Positions 10,290 through 22,868 are shown, numbered from the whole stretch's first letter. The stretch: DNA of 60,062 bases, filler included, from Sphacelaria rigidula (GCA_964200075.2; 6 parts of 6 records of this genome joined end to end with filler, not necessarily neighbours in it); one strand, 5' to 3'. Numbers and translations: made by a program. Notes: generated by a model not told the origin, from the sequence alone.

Positions 10290-13245
10290 AGCTGGAGATT
10301 CTCTCGAAAGAGGTAAGGAAGGGCGGATGGCGGAGTAAAGGTTGGTCGGGTAAGGTACTAGTAGTGCTGGTATCCGGAGTTTGTAGCGTTATGACGAGAA
10401 TAGAGTTTAAAGGAAAATGCGATAGGATTGGACTATACTGTTTGGCGAGAGGAAAAGTGAAAAGGAAGGGAGAACACGTCCGGGTCACGTTAAAACAGAG
10501 TGCGAGCACGCTAAAGCAGAGCGCGAGCAAGGAGTGTGAAAGGATAGAGACAAGTAAGGTGTTGGCATGGGTTAGAAGAGTAGGATGGAGAGTATGTATA
10601 GCTAATGGAACAACAACCTAGGACGTAGTCCACGGGTAAATGGAGGGGGAGAGAGGCAGGAACAGGTAAGTGCCAGGAAGGAAAAGGAGAGGGGGCATAA
10701 CGACCCGATGCAAATAGACAAGGACCAAACCCTCAACGGGAAGAACAATAAAGCAAGGGAAAGTAGAAGTAAAAACGACGGAGAGAGAAGAGTATAGTAC
10801 AGGAGAGCAGATAATGATTCGGGAAGGAAGTAAAGAATAGGATCGTGGAATGTGTGTGAATCCGTCACAGACAAGCGCAATAGAAAGAGATAGCGCAACA
10901 AGTAAGTAAATGCGACCTAGATATAGTAGGAATCCAAGAGTCATGGGAGAAAGAGGGGGCGGAAGTAGGATGCAAAGTTGAAAAGTACGCATGGATAGGA
11001 GAAAAGCGGAGGGGACAGAAGTCCAAGATCAGGGTAGCGGGGGGAGTAGGATTCTCGATGAAGCAATACCTGTGTGACATTATAGACGTGATCGACGACA
11101 TGAAATTCGACGAGAGCATATGGATAAGGGTACCAGGAGAGCGGGGAACGAAGGACTTCTTCGCAGGGAACATTTATACACCACCAGAATCGAGGAGTAG
11201 GCTGAAAGATTTACAGCGGAGGTTTGGAGAGAAGCAGCAGATGTACATAAGTATAAGAGGCAAGGAGAAGAAATGTTAGTGGGAGATTTGAATGCAAGGA
11301 TAGGAAGAGCAGGTCAACCGGATGATATCATTGGGCAATACGGGGAAGATAAGAACACGAATGGAGTAGAAATTCTCAAGTTCCTTGAGCATAACGAGAT
11401 GGAGACACTGAACGATAGAGCACAAAGCCAGAGGCGCAATGGACATGGACTAGAGAATGCAAAGACGAGGGAGAACGCTCCGTTCTTATATATAAAGTGG
11501 TAGAGCATGGAAATAGTGAAAAAATGGAAGCACATGTATGCGCGGAGGACGTGGGACCCACAGATCACTGCCTAATATGGACAGAGAAGCAACAGACGAG
11601 AGCTACGAGTAAAAGAAATAGGCGGGGTAGGAAGTTGTACAAACGGAGAGCCGATAAACTAGATATGAAAGAAACACAGCAAAAGTTGAAAGAAAAGATA
11701 GTAGCAATAGAAGCAGCAAAGCAAGGAGTAAAAATGGGTAAATATATGCTTTCAGGATCGATGTTCGTGGATGATTTTGTGAGAATTTCAGGAACAGAAG
11801 GACTACAAAAACCGATAGACAAAGCGCTATTATACACGATGAAATGGAGAGTAACAGCGAACGTCAACAAATGGGCGGTATGCGTTTGTGACAGATAAGA
11901 AAAATCCGGTAGTTTAAATGGAAATGGGGAGAAGAGGAATTGCCGATCGTAGACCAGTAAACATACCTTGGCGTGGAGATCTCAAAAAGCTGTTCTTGGA
12001 ATGCACACATAAATAAAGCAAAATAAAAGGGTAAGGCACGGATAAGGAGGATGGACGTGATCCTCAGAGACTGGCACCTAGACAGTAGAATTGAGAGATG
12101 TATCCTGATGAATGTGATTGTACCGAAGCTAGAATATGCAGGAGAAGTGTGGGAGGGGAACATGGAGTTGGTGGAGAAGTCGGAAACAGTACAGATGGCA
12201 GCAGCTAAGAAAATACTGGGATGCTCGAAAACGACGAGCAATACAGCATTTGTAGCAGATTTGGGAATGTACTCACTTAAAACTAACGGAGACATGAGGA
12301 AATTGCGATGTCAATATAGTGTAAAGAACATGAGAGAAAGAGATTTCCAGCTATAGTTGATGAGGCTGTATGGAAGAAAAGTACGAAAGTGCGGGCTGGA
12401 GTAAGTTGGGATAGAGAAGTCGAGAAAGTATGGAAGGAGATGGGTGGAAACCAAGACGATATAATTTGCATAGGTGTAGGCAGGGGGTACTGGACAAAAG
12501 TAAGAGACATGATGGAAATAAGGGGAAAAGAGCGCTCAGACGCAAAGTAGACGAGGAAGAACACGTGAACATATAAGGGGGGTTGAGAGAGGGGATAGGG
12601 ATGAAAACATATCTGCATGGCCCACTGGACGCTGCGAAAAATCTGAAACTGCGATCTCGGGTGGGGACCTGGACCTGCCAGAAAGAAAAATATATATACC
12701 AGTCGTCGAGAGGAGGAGGAAGTAGATGGACAGCACTGCTTATGTGGCAAAGCAATAGAGAGCAGAAGTCACGTGGTGGCAGAATGTTGACTAAACAAGG
12801 AGGAATGTGACGTGGTAGAGTGGGAAATGCGGGACGTGAACGAAAGTGGCATGAAATCGTTTGACGCATCAGACAATGGCAAAAAAAACGATAGCTATAC
12901 CAGGAAATAGATGGTGGTCACAGACGGCAAAACGGGACGGGGATATGGTATGCAAAAAGGTTTTGTGCAATGTGTGGAAGAAACGTAATGAGCGCCGGAA
13001 TGTTGAATGTGTCTCTACAGTTTTAGGAGTAGGAACTGTGCTCCGTCTCGAAAGGGATGCGCGGTCAATGGTCAAACGACTGAGACAAGCAAAGAATGGG
13101 ATAAGATATGTAAGAGGTTCTTGTGTAATGTATGGAAGAAACGTAATGAGCTACGAAAGGAAAATANNNNNNNNNNGTCTCGAAAGGGATGCGTGGTCAA
13201 TGGTCAAATGACTAAGGCAAGCAACAAATGAGTACGCCCCCCCCA
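10290..13245 (+). mobile_element. Decayed non-LTR retrotransposon (LINE): APE endonuclease, partial RT, CCHC zinc knuckle
   Basis: APE motifs IGSWNV (~10837), DIVGIQESW, ESIWIRV, LVGDLNARIG and DHCLIW. RT motifs MFVDDFV and (Y)KYLGV. CCHC CLCGKAIESRSHVVAEC at ~12737. Many stops and frameshifts. Ends ...GCVVNGQMTKASNK* gtacg + C-run. The 5' boundary is approximate. Confidence 0.92.
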
Positions 13246-13431
13246 CCACCACAACCAATTATAGTTTTCCTGTCAACGTGGCATGGAATAGCTAGCTGTA
13301 CACACTTAAAAGTAATGGACCTATCTGCTCTCACTATAATGTTGGAAGGACTGGCCCGATGCGAGATAAGTCGTCTTCTAAAATCCTCTAAGCAACTTCT
13401 CCGCACGTCCGCTGGTCATCGTACAAAATCT

Positions 13432-13434
13432 CCC

Positions 13435-13474
<40 letters not shown>

Positions 13475-13518
13475 ACCCCGGGTCCTCGTAAAAAAACCCC
13501 CCCCCCCCCCCCCCCGCC
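13432..13518 (+). repeat. Poly(C) tracts
   Basis: Two long C homopolymer runs are directly visible. Confidence 0.9.
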
Positions 13519-13667
13519 CGATGTCAGACCATCCTCTGCTATGCCGGGCTGTCTCCAGTTGCCACACACGACGCGTTCAGAAATAATGGCACACACGCAC
13601 ATTCAGTCGGAAAAATAGGGATGAAAATGTGAGCAAAGACGCTAAGACCATAGTTACGTATGAACAG

Positions 13668-16600
13668 GTAGCGCTCCTGGGCACTATGCGAGCACAGGGT
13701 ATAGCGCACGACGCAATATCCTATCAATCCGCGATATCAGCATGCAGAAGGGGAGGGGACAGCGCCACCGCCTTGAAGCTCATGCAAGAAATGGAGAGGG
13801 ATGGTTTCCCCCCCGGAGAAGCCGTGTACAACCTGGTGATCGAGACAGTCGGTCGGGAGGGGGATTGGAACCGTGCAGTGGACTTGCTGAAGCAGATGAA
13901 GGAGGATGGAGTGAAGCCCGATGTCTTTAGCTACGGCGCCGCGATTGGCGCTTGCTCCAAGGTTTGACGTTTTTGCGGGGGACAGCAGATCTTTGTGGAA
14001 ATCGTAGCTAGAGTTTTAGCGCGCGAAACGTATCGAAGTAATGCTCATATATTTAGGTGTGGAATTGGTGGGGGGTGTACTCATGATCTTGCATGCTGTT
14101 TTCATATGACCGTTGACCTCGCATCCCTACAAGCCGGGACGGAACACGTGGGATATAAGTCTGACCAGGCTCGCAATCAATCACCAAGCGCGAAGCGCCG
14201 TGATGTGCTCGGCGAGTCGCATGAAGGGTGAGCGGCATCCTGCTAGGATTGTTCGGCCCGAAGCGAACTGATTATCTTGCATTTGGATGACAGCCTCCAA
14301 TGGGTTCCTTCATTTTCTGGTATCGCCACTTCCATAGACAGCCACGGGCTACACACCGCCTCATGAGCCTCTCCCCATTTGAACACTACGTAGTATAATC
14401 ATCCCCTTTGCACGGAGTATAGGTTCTCCCACCCCGCATAATATTATATAGCTCGACCACCACCATGATTACGGCAAAAAACGCAAGTTTGCAAGAAAAA
14501 TCGGTGACCTGGCTGCCTAGCTTACGCAATGAATAGCGTGTTTGACAGCGTCATTACCAAACGACACCAGCCCCGTAGGGGGTTCAAGTGGGTGGAAGGG
14601 GTTGTTGTTGGATACGTTGGAGGAGCGGGGGGCGGAAGCTCCACCGCGCCTTTGGTTCTGACGCTGCTTTATGTGTGGTTGGGTATGTCTTCCAACGTAT
14701 GGGCTGGATTTGGACGTAAAGTTTGTTGCCGAATCTTAGCCCCTTTGTGCTCCACCGTGTTTTGTTCGCCGGCGTATATGTAGGCGAGGCGGCGATGAGT
14801 GTCATGTGTACAGGAGTCCCGGTGTTCCCCTCCCGATAATACGCCCACGAGAAACCTGGTCCCGCGCTGTGAGGACGCCAGGCAAATCCTGTGTAAGCAA
14901 ATACTCACCAAACACAATTGATACAAGTATAAACACTGCACAACATTTTTCTTCACACTCGTGACTGCCGCGCCCAAAAAGTACGCTCCCCATTGCCTCC
15001 TCCCTCCCCTTCAGGGCCGCAATCCCGCACTGGCGCGGGTGCTGCTGGAGGAGATGCGAGGGTTAGGACACCAACCTAACAGATTTTGTTGGAACAGGGT
15101 GATTAACGTACACTCACGAACAGGCGATCTTGAAGGTGGGACCACAGAGTTCATACGCGTGTCACTCGTCCACGCTTGTCTCATGGAACGCGTCTACCTT
15201 GTCTTCAAAATTCCGGACCGGACCGAGCCAGATCGATCATACGCCCTGGCTCGACCCGCACGGAATATTCATTTATCACGTTTGGATTTTCTTGTTAATA
15301 GGATGAGTCTGTCGGCGTAGCTCCACCCCAACCGGTCTGTTTCTCCCTCTCTTGGGCACCGCGCTGCTACCGGTCGTTTCCGGAACCTTTGCAGTGCATG
15401 AGTGCTTCATGCCGTCTGTCGAACGACACTTCTTTGCATCGTGCCGTACCGACTCTTGGTATCAGCACCAACATCGTAGGACACAGGTTGTGACCCGTCC
15501 GGCATTGCTCCCTGCTTCTATTCAACATGTGGCATGACCTGTTCCTCCACGCCCCCCACTGCACCGCACTTGATAAATGACAGGTGCCCTTGCGCTGATG
15601 GAGGAAATGAAGAAAAGCATGGCTTGTGACGAGAACACCTTCTTGAGCGTGGTGCACGGTTGCGCGCAGACCCGCGATTGGGACACCGCCCACCGCATTC
15701 TGGCCGAAATGCGAGATTCGGGCTTCAAACCCAGCGACGCATGCTACTACACGCTCGTCTCGGCCTCTTCAAACGCAGGGGAGCTTGACGTTGCGGAAGG
15801 ACTGTTGCCCCACATGAGGGACGACGGTGTGCCGCCGGATCTGTACACATATAGTGCTCTCATGTCGGGGTGCGGTCGCACCGGCGATTGGGAAAGATCC
15901 GCCCGGATATTGGAAGATATGAAGTCCGCGGGAATCGAGCCTACCAGGCAGGTGTGCACTGAAACCAAACAGAAAAAAGACGCTGCAATAAGTGGAAGTA
16001 TTGTATTCGTCGGGTCTCACGAAGCCTTGCCATCCGTAACCCGTATCTTCAGGTATATACGTCGGCGTTGAGAGCTTGCGCGGCGGCCGTCGCCGTGGAC
16101 GGGGGACAGGCTGCCGCGACCAGCAGCCTGTTGGAAGAGATGAAGGCGCGGGATGTGCCAAAAGATGACATCGCGTGCGGAGCTGCATTGGAGGTTTTCG
16201 GAAAGGCTGGGAATGTCGGCGAGGCGCTCGCGCTTATCGAAGAAATGCGACGAAACGGACTGGAACCAAGTTGTGAGTCTGCGTGGCAGGGCTTTCTGGG
16301 GTATTTTTTATCATGATGTGGTACTGAACGGTCGCACGTGATCTGATCCTTTGTTATTTCGTGTTTAGTTTGCTGCTGCCGTCCAGTGACCGAGAATGCT
16401 GTTGCTGCACGCCAACGCAATGAAGATTCCACTCTCGGCTACACTTTTGCCGTGGAAGATTTTGAAATGTTTTATGTAACTACGTTGAGTAAGTACACAT
16501 TCCTATGCATGTGAAATTCACATACTGACTGCGTTGAACTTCATACCCATGCCGATCCCCACGTTACGTTGCTCATCATGGCGATGACCATCGTGACCGA

Positions 16601-16845
16601 CTGCTCCCTGGTCACCCTGGTCACAACACCTCAAAGTGCAATGCTACAGCGGTGCTATTGCGGCGTGTGCGCGCGCCGACGACGTAGATAGGGGTCTGAT
16701 GCTTTTAGCTGAGATCGGACGCGCCACCACTTTTACACCGAATGCTGAGAGTTTTCAACAGCTCGTTTCGGCGAGTGAACGGAACGGGAAGCCACATATT
16801 GCGCAAGATTTGCGGAAAGCGATGACCAAGTTGGGGTACGCATAA
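13668..16845 (+). CDS. Pentatricopeptide repeat (PPR) protein, 3' five exons; 5' end missing
   Basis: Exons 13668-13961, 15015-15135, 15584-15951, 16053-16272 and 16637-16845 (TAA), all GT-AG and phase-consistent. Repeated ~35-aa PPR motifs: SYQSAISAC, VYNLVIETVG, PDVFSYGAAIGAC, PDLYTYSALMSGC, VYTSALRAC, CYSGAIAAC. Confidence 0.93.
14070..14585 (-). mobile_element. ~560-bp non-autonomous retroposon (LINE-tail-sharing), 5'-truncated copy in a PPR intron
   Basis: Reverse complement aligns throughout with 18250-18814 and 43024-43572. Ends gggatgcgaggtcaacggtcatatga...gcaagatcatgagtacacccccc. Confidence 0.85.
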
Positions 16846-18249
16846 GGACAGCAGCAGACGGCGTATTGTTGTAGAGTACATTCGGTATATTTTTAGCCGT
16901 GGAATGGATGACACACAGAATTGGGTGTTTTGGCTCCTTTCAAGGACGTTTTTCTGCCGTAAATTTTGATCGAAAGGGTGTCCGTCGCACCTTGGTGGTC
17001 TAATGGTACAGCTGTCGCCGTTAGGGCAGGAAAAAGCGGGTTCGGTTCCCACCAGATGCATCAGGGTTATCTTTCCCCCCCTAAAGTATATGATTTCCTT
17101 GGTTGAAAACATGTGGACGTGAGTAGCAAAAATAGTCTGTTTGGCTGGCTTTGTTGACGACAGTCGACGCGGTGCGTGAGTGTTGGCCATGATCCACTCC
17201 GCGATGCCAAATGTACGGCGTCCCGGGGCAGAGATTAGTTGACCCCTGGTGAGCACGGACTCCTCCCAAGGAAGGGGAGGGGTTGGAAATGTGACCATGA
17301 TTTAAACGAAATGTGAGCCACGTTCATGTGAACAATTGAGAGCCTAGAAACGCGCTTCGGGTGCCCCCGATATTTTGCCAACCAGGGTCATTCATTTCGG
17401 GATCAAAACGTCTCCTTATATGTTGTGTTGTAACAGCCCCCAACGTTTATTCCATCTGTGATACTTGTGTGAGGGGTACAATGCAGTGAACGGGGATCGT
17501 CTTTTCGTGCTAGCCTAACTTGTTGTGATAGCTGGTTTGAGTGGGGAGACAAAAAGACGAGCCATCGGAGCGGGTTGAGGGAGGGAGGCAGCTAAGCTTG
17601 TCTCTTCGTTCAAGTACAAGGCTTCCAACTCTCCAAAAATATAGCAGATGGCATGTTCTGACGGAGAGGCGGCGTCGTGACTACTTACTGTACTCGTGCG
17701 GTGCTATGCTATACTGTACGGCTGTAATGCCAGGTCAATGCTAGTGTACTGTAGAGAGATACAATGATGAATTGCCTAACTTGCATGCATGCGTGCATGG
17801 CATACGTGTATGGCACATGCGGCACTACTGCGGAGACCGAATGATTATGTGCTCGTTGTTACTGTGCTGTACCGTACGGCAGCACTGCTGCGGTTACAGA
17901 AAGCTAAATTGTACAAAATTGCTGTGGTCTGCTGCACTCCGCGCTGCGGTACTACGTAGTTGCTGTGGGTGCGTTTACATGACACACACACGCGGCGTCG
18001 ATTTCAAGATTTTTGCCAGTTCCTATCTGATCCTGCGATGAGGTGTTTGAGTGCGCGGGAAAATGGGGTTACGCGTGTGTTACACGACCTTGGACACTAG
18101 TAATGGACTTCTGTGTGGATGTAAACTGTATCAAGTTGTTTGTAAAGGGACTTGATATTGATAACAAGAGCATTCATGTGGATATTTCTTCTTACAGCGA
18201 CGTTTCAAGTGGCTCCCTCGTGTAACAATTGGCTCAACCTTCCCCTACC

Positions 18250-18814
18250 CCTGGTCCGGCGGAAACCCCGCGTGCTCCGTCCTGGCTTTGTAGGGACGGA
18301 CCCCCTATGGATTTGGCGTTGCTTGGCAATGACACTGTCAAACACGCCACTCACTGCGTAAACTACTGTAGGCCACCAGGTTACCGGTTTATTGCGCACT
18401 TGCTTTTTTTTGTGGTAACCATGACGGTGCTCGAGCGAGCTCATGTTGTGCGGGGTGGGAGAACCTCAATCCCTTGCAAAGGGGATGGTAATACTGCGCG
18501 TAGTATTTAAATGATGAGTCATCCATGAGACAGTGTGCAGCCCGTGGCTGTCGCTGGAAGTGGTGATACCAGAAAATGAAGCAACTCGTCGGAGGTTGTC
18601 ATCCAAATGCAAGAGAATCAGTAGGCTTCGGGCCGAACAATCCTGGCAGGATGCAGCTCACTCTTCATGCAAGTCGCCGAACACATCACGAAGCTTCGCG
18701 CTTGGTGATTGATTGCGAGCATGGTCCGGGGGAAACCCGGCGTGCTCCGTCTCGGCTTTGTAGGAATGCGAGATCAACGGCCATATGACTACGGTATGCA
18801 AAATTATGAGTACC
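18250..18814 (+). mobile_element. ~560-bp non-autonomous retroposon, apparently full-length copy
   Basis: Homologous to 14070-14585(-) and 43024-43572. A ~45-nt motif at 18250-18296 repeats at ~18720-18765. The 3' end is homologous to the LINE 3' end. Confidence 0.85.
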
Positions 18815-19956
18815 AGTCCTTCGTAGGATAACTTTAGCTTTGTCGCGTATTCTCGGGGTATTGTGTCCCTTCATACTAATGGACAAAATATATGCTAGCG
18901 TATGATTGTCCCTCAGCCCGCCCACCATCACATGTACCGTCCTTTGGCTAGAGCACGAAATTAAAGATTCCACGCGCTGTTTCCGAAAAATACCCGCTCG
19001 ACCACACTCAAGCATGTTTCTTGTTGAAATTTCCCGAAGATACCCTCCCTCGTGCGAATCCTGTACTCTTGGCGACGAAACATCATAATTTCCCTGGAGC
19101 TCATAGTTCGGGAGACTTTTCATTATTCGAATCGTATGGCATGATGAAACGTAAAGCACTGTTCTATGCTGAGCGCAATTAGTCCATTAGAAAATATGCT
19201 CTGAAAAAATGAAACCTTCGAGATTGAGGTTCAAGGAGCTGCATGAGGTCTGCCTCCCTCCGAGGTTCCAGTCCGCACTGGTTTTGTGTCCTGCCCATGC
19301 ATTTGGTTTTTTCAAGGTATTGCGTCCTTTCCTCGTAGCACCCAGCTGAAATAAATATTTGAATATCTTCTCGACACCATCGTGACCGACAGGACGTTTG
19401 GGATGTACTCCCGGTGGTCAGGTTGACTGCTGCGAGCCTCGCGAAATTTACGAAGGGGTTGACCATAATACTTTTCATGTTTCGAATTTTCACATTTCCG
19501 GGAGGTGACGACATGATACGGTGCAGCAGCGAGGTGGTGAAGCACACCAAAGCAAGCGATGAAATCCTTGTGTTATTTTCTGTATGATTTTCGAACCATC
19601 AAGTTTGGTTTCTGTCCCCAGATGGATACAGGACATACATACATGTCGCCTGGGTTGCCTGACCTGGTAACGGGCAGGAGACTGTGCGAAATATTCGATC
19701 CAGAGTACTTTTCTCTCATGCGCAATTTTGGCTGAAACGTTGAGCGCGAGAATTCCCTGTGCCAACTTCTTCGTGATTGTCGTATACATGTAGGGCATCA
19801 AGATCTTGCTGCGATTGCATCATCTATCTGTTGAAAACTATAGTATTTCCACTGCAGCGTATATACCCCGTCTTAGTACATATATAGTAGAGGTAACTAA
19901 TATCACGATTATTCTGATCTTTAGTTCTAGGTCGCTCACAGCGCTGCGGGGAAACT

Positions 19957-20056
19957 NNNNNNNNNNNNNNNNNNNNNNNNNNNNNNNNNNNNNNNNNNNN
20001 TTAATTAATTAANNNNNNNNNNNNNNNNNNNNNNNNNNNNNNNNNNNNNNNNNNNN
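19957..20056. other. Artificial contig linker
   Basis: N44-TTAATTAATTAA-N44. Confidence 0.98.
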
Positions 20057-20339
20057 CGGTATGGGATACCCCGGTAAATACCGGGGGTACGCTCGGTACG
20101 GTACCTTACCTACGGTGCCTGTGAAATACTTGCGTGCGTGCTGCATGCTTTAGCCTGTGTGGCATCGTACTGGTGCTTGTTACTGTACTTACTCCTTGTG
20201 TTAAATATTCGTGCAAGTGCGTTTCAGCGTGCTGCGTTGTGCTAGTCTGTGTTAGGAAAGGCTCAACAACACCAAGTTCGTGTAATTGCTGCAAAGCGTG
20301 CTGCAGTAGTGATGTGGTATCATACAGGGAAGACTCACC

Positions 20340-21975
20340 CAAAAAACTGTCCGTACTGGCACTGGTCCTGCTGCCGGAACACGTTGATGTTGAATGGATC
20401 GTGTAACGCCGCGCTCGTCGGATGACCACGACGTCGGTAATCGGCGTCCTCCGATCGACTCGAGTACCCTACTTGACGGTGTTGACCCTGCAACGCGGAG
20501 CTGGAACTCTCATTTGCTGCCTGAGCCGCGTCCACTTCCATCGCCCTGTGAACTGCCCGCACCACTTCTGCGCCTCATCTGCCGCTGCCAGACCTTCGGT
20601 TGTTGGTCGAACCAGCGCCTGATCTCTATCCCGCGCCATGCTGTTCCTGTTGTGATTGACGGTTCTCACAGCTTAAGAAGGGCACGATGACCGTGCTGTT
20701 GACCAGCGGCTGTGCCACGACCTGCGCGAGCGCCGCCATTGTTGTTGCCGCCCCTGCCCCCGCCCCCGCCTCCGCTGCCGCTGCCACCGCCACCTCTGTC
20801 ACTGTCTTGCGGGTCAAGGTGGGTGTGACTATGAGGGCCTCTGTGATTGAAAAATATGGCATGCTACGCCACCTGTTCTTGCACGCGTTGATGACAGGTC
20901 TCCCCGTTGTAATCTACGCATTTCGACCAGCGCTTGCTCTCTGGTTTGCCTGTTGGACTTTCGTACCTGCCTTGCGTTTCGCCGGTGTGTCTGAACAGTT
21001 GCCCGCTACCGCAGCCTCTGTGGCAAATGATGACGCGAGCGCTTGTTGTTCGATGAGGTTGGGTAGGATGCCGGTTATATTTTTCCTAAACCCAGCGGCG
21101 GGACGGTTAGTAGGTCCCCGGGTTCGGTCGGGGGGGAGGGGGCGCTGGGAAAATACTCGATCAGCTAGGATGAGAGTATAATTATCCCTTGGGCCGTCAT
21201 ACCCGTTTGGTCCGTCAGTAGCTGCTTTCGTAAAACAGGGCCGCTACTGCTCGCTCATGAAGGTACTGAAAGGACGCATTGTTCGGGATTTGTCCGTTGC
21301 TTCTCGCAATCTGTTCGAAAACTTCATCACTCGTGGTTTACCTGAGTCGCCTTCACGTAGTTCCTTCACAAGAACAATTGAGAAGGAGGCCATCATTGCC
21401 CGCAGGTGGTCTTGTTCTGCGCGATGTCTTCCTTTTCCTTCTCCTTCTCCTTTTCCTTTCCCTTTCCCTTCCCTTGCACGTGCTTGTGTTACCGCTCCCC
21501 CGAGAAATCGTCCACTTTCAGGCCTGTTACGGTCAGGATCATGCTGGACATTTATGATGTTGATGCCACCTTCAGACCTGCCTCCTCGTCGAAGCGCAGC
21601 TTCTCTTTCTTGAGGCAAATTGGGGGCTCTCCAGTCGAAGCGCCAATATCTGTCGTGTGCAATTTTTTTCCCACGCATTTGAGCTGGCTTTCTCCGCTTC
21701 CCGTTCCGCTATGGACATCGCGGGCGACCCTGATGAAGCAGGAGGCGGGGCATTTAAACCCACTTTATGTGGAACGCTGGTCGACCGCGGAAGCTGAGAG
21801 GGGGGTATAATCCCGGTGGACGCCACGGAGTCGCCGCTGGTGCCAGCTGGTGCCGGTGACGGTTCCGGCGGGGGGTTCGGTTGTTGAATGTTTTTGACTT
21901 GTTGTAGTTCGTCCTCCGTGGTGGTTACCCGCACCCCGGTGGTTTGAGCCAATTTGGGAAATGAGTTTCTGCAAT
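20340..21975 (-). pseudogene. Decayed coding remnant, possibly retroelement gag-like ORF, probably intronic to the pseudouridine synthase gene
   Basis: A chain of overlapping frameshifted minus-strand ORFs with protein-like Pro/Ala/Gln-rich content and no obvious introns. VINACKNRWRSMPYF at ~20855-20900 fits CX2CX4HX4C spacing, with 3 of 4 ligands mutated. Confidence 0.4.
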
Positions 21976-22868
21976 ATGGAGTTGGCGTCCTGGGTTGGTT
22001 AAATATTGACCAGAGCGCCCGTCCTGCTTGGTATGGCGGTATCCGATTATGTCTATTATAGTCAGATTCATACTTGACTATAATCCGTTCGCTATAACAG
22101 CTGCATCGTGCAATGTGTCAGGATTCATCCCGATCCACAAACCTCTGATCCCGCTACGCTATGATCCTCCATTCGTGTTACGCATCGAACTAGATACTGA
22201 ATATGTTTTTCAAATAAGATTTTCGTGGACTTTGCGTGAGGGGTGGTATCGTAGCGACCAATCACAGGCCGTTTTGAGAAAACGCAGATTCTGTCTCGCA
22301 CAGGTACATTTTTCGAATGACTTTCATCCCTTCGACCTTCGACAGCAGTGTATTCATCTGTCTGAATCGGCACTATGCTTCCTTGAAAAATGACTCGCAT
22401 GATCACCGCCGCCCTTTCCAACAAAAACAAAATCATGTCCGGGTAGCACGTTCGTCGCCCCCGACATATCGACGCCACTAAACAAATTCGCCGATGCCGA
22501 TGGGCGAGTTGCGTGAAGTTCAGGTGTTCATGATGTGTCACCCTTGTTATCATGTGCTGCAAATATATCAGAGACATCTGACTGTACTTATTGTACTGTA
22601 CTGCAAAGCATTCATGCCCAACATCACTGACCAAACAGACAGTTGTTGGTGTTCGACGGCTTGCGACCGACCGTCGCCTTTCTTAAACCAGACACAAGAG
22701 CAGCAGGGCAGGTGGCTACAGGTGACATGTCACATGTATACCTGTAAGCCATATCCATATAGTAGTCCAGACGTAGTCTAATTTCTTCAACACCTCCATG
22801 CAATAATGCCACAGAAGGTAGATACAAAAATACATGAACATATCGAGAGGGGTCGATTCGACGAGCAC

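Noticed and set aside
18250-18310. Hammerhead or HDV-like ribozyme in the repeated module
   Set aside because: No CUGANGA/GAAA hammerhead core, and HDV topology (P1.1 GG after P1) could not be built by eye. Left as a computational check.
18830-19800. Several 100-150 aa minus-strand ORFs
   Set aside because: No recognisable domain or splice-consistent model.
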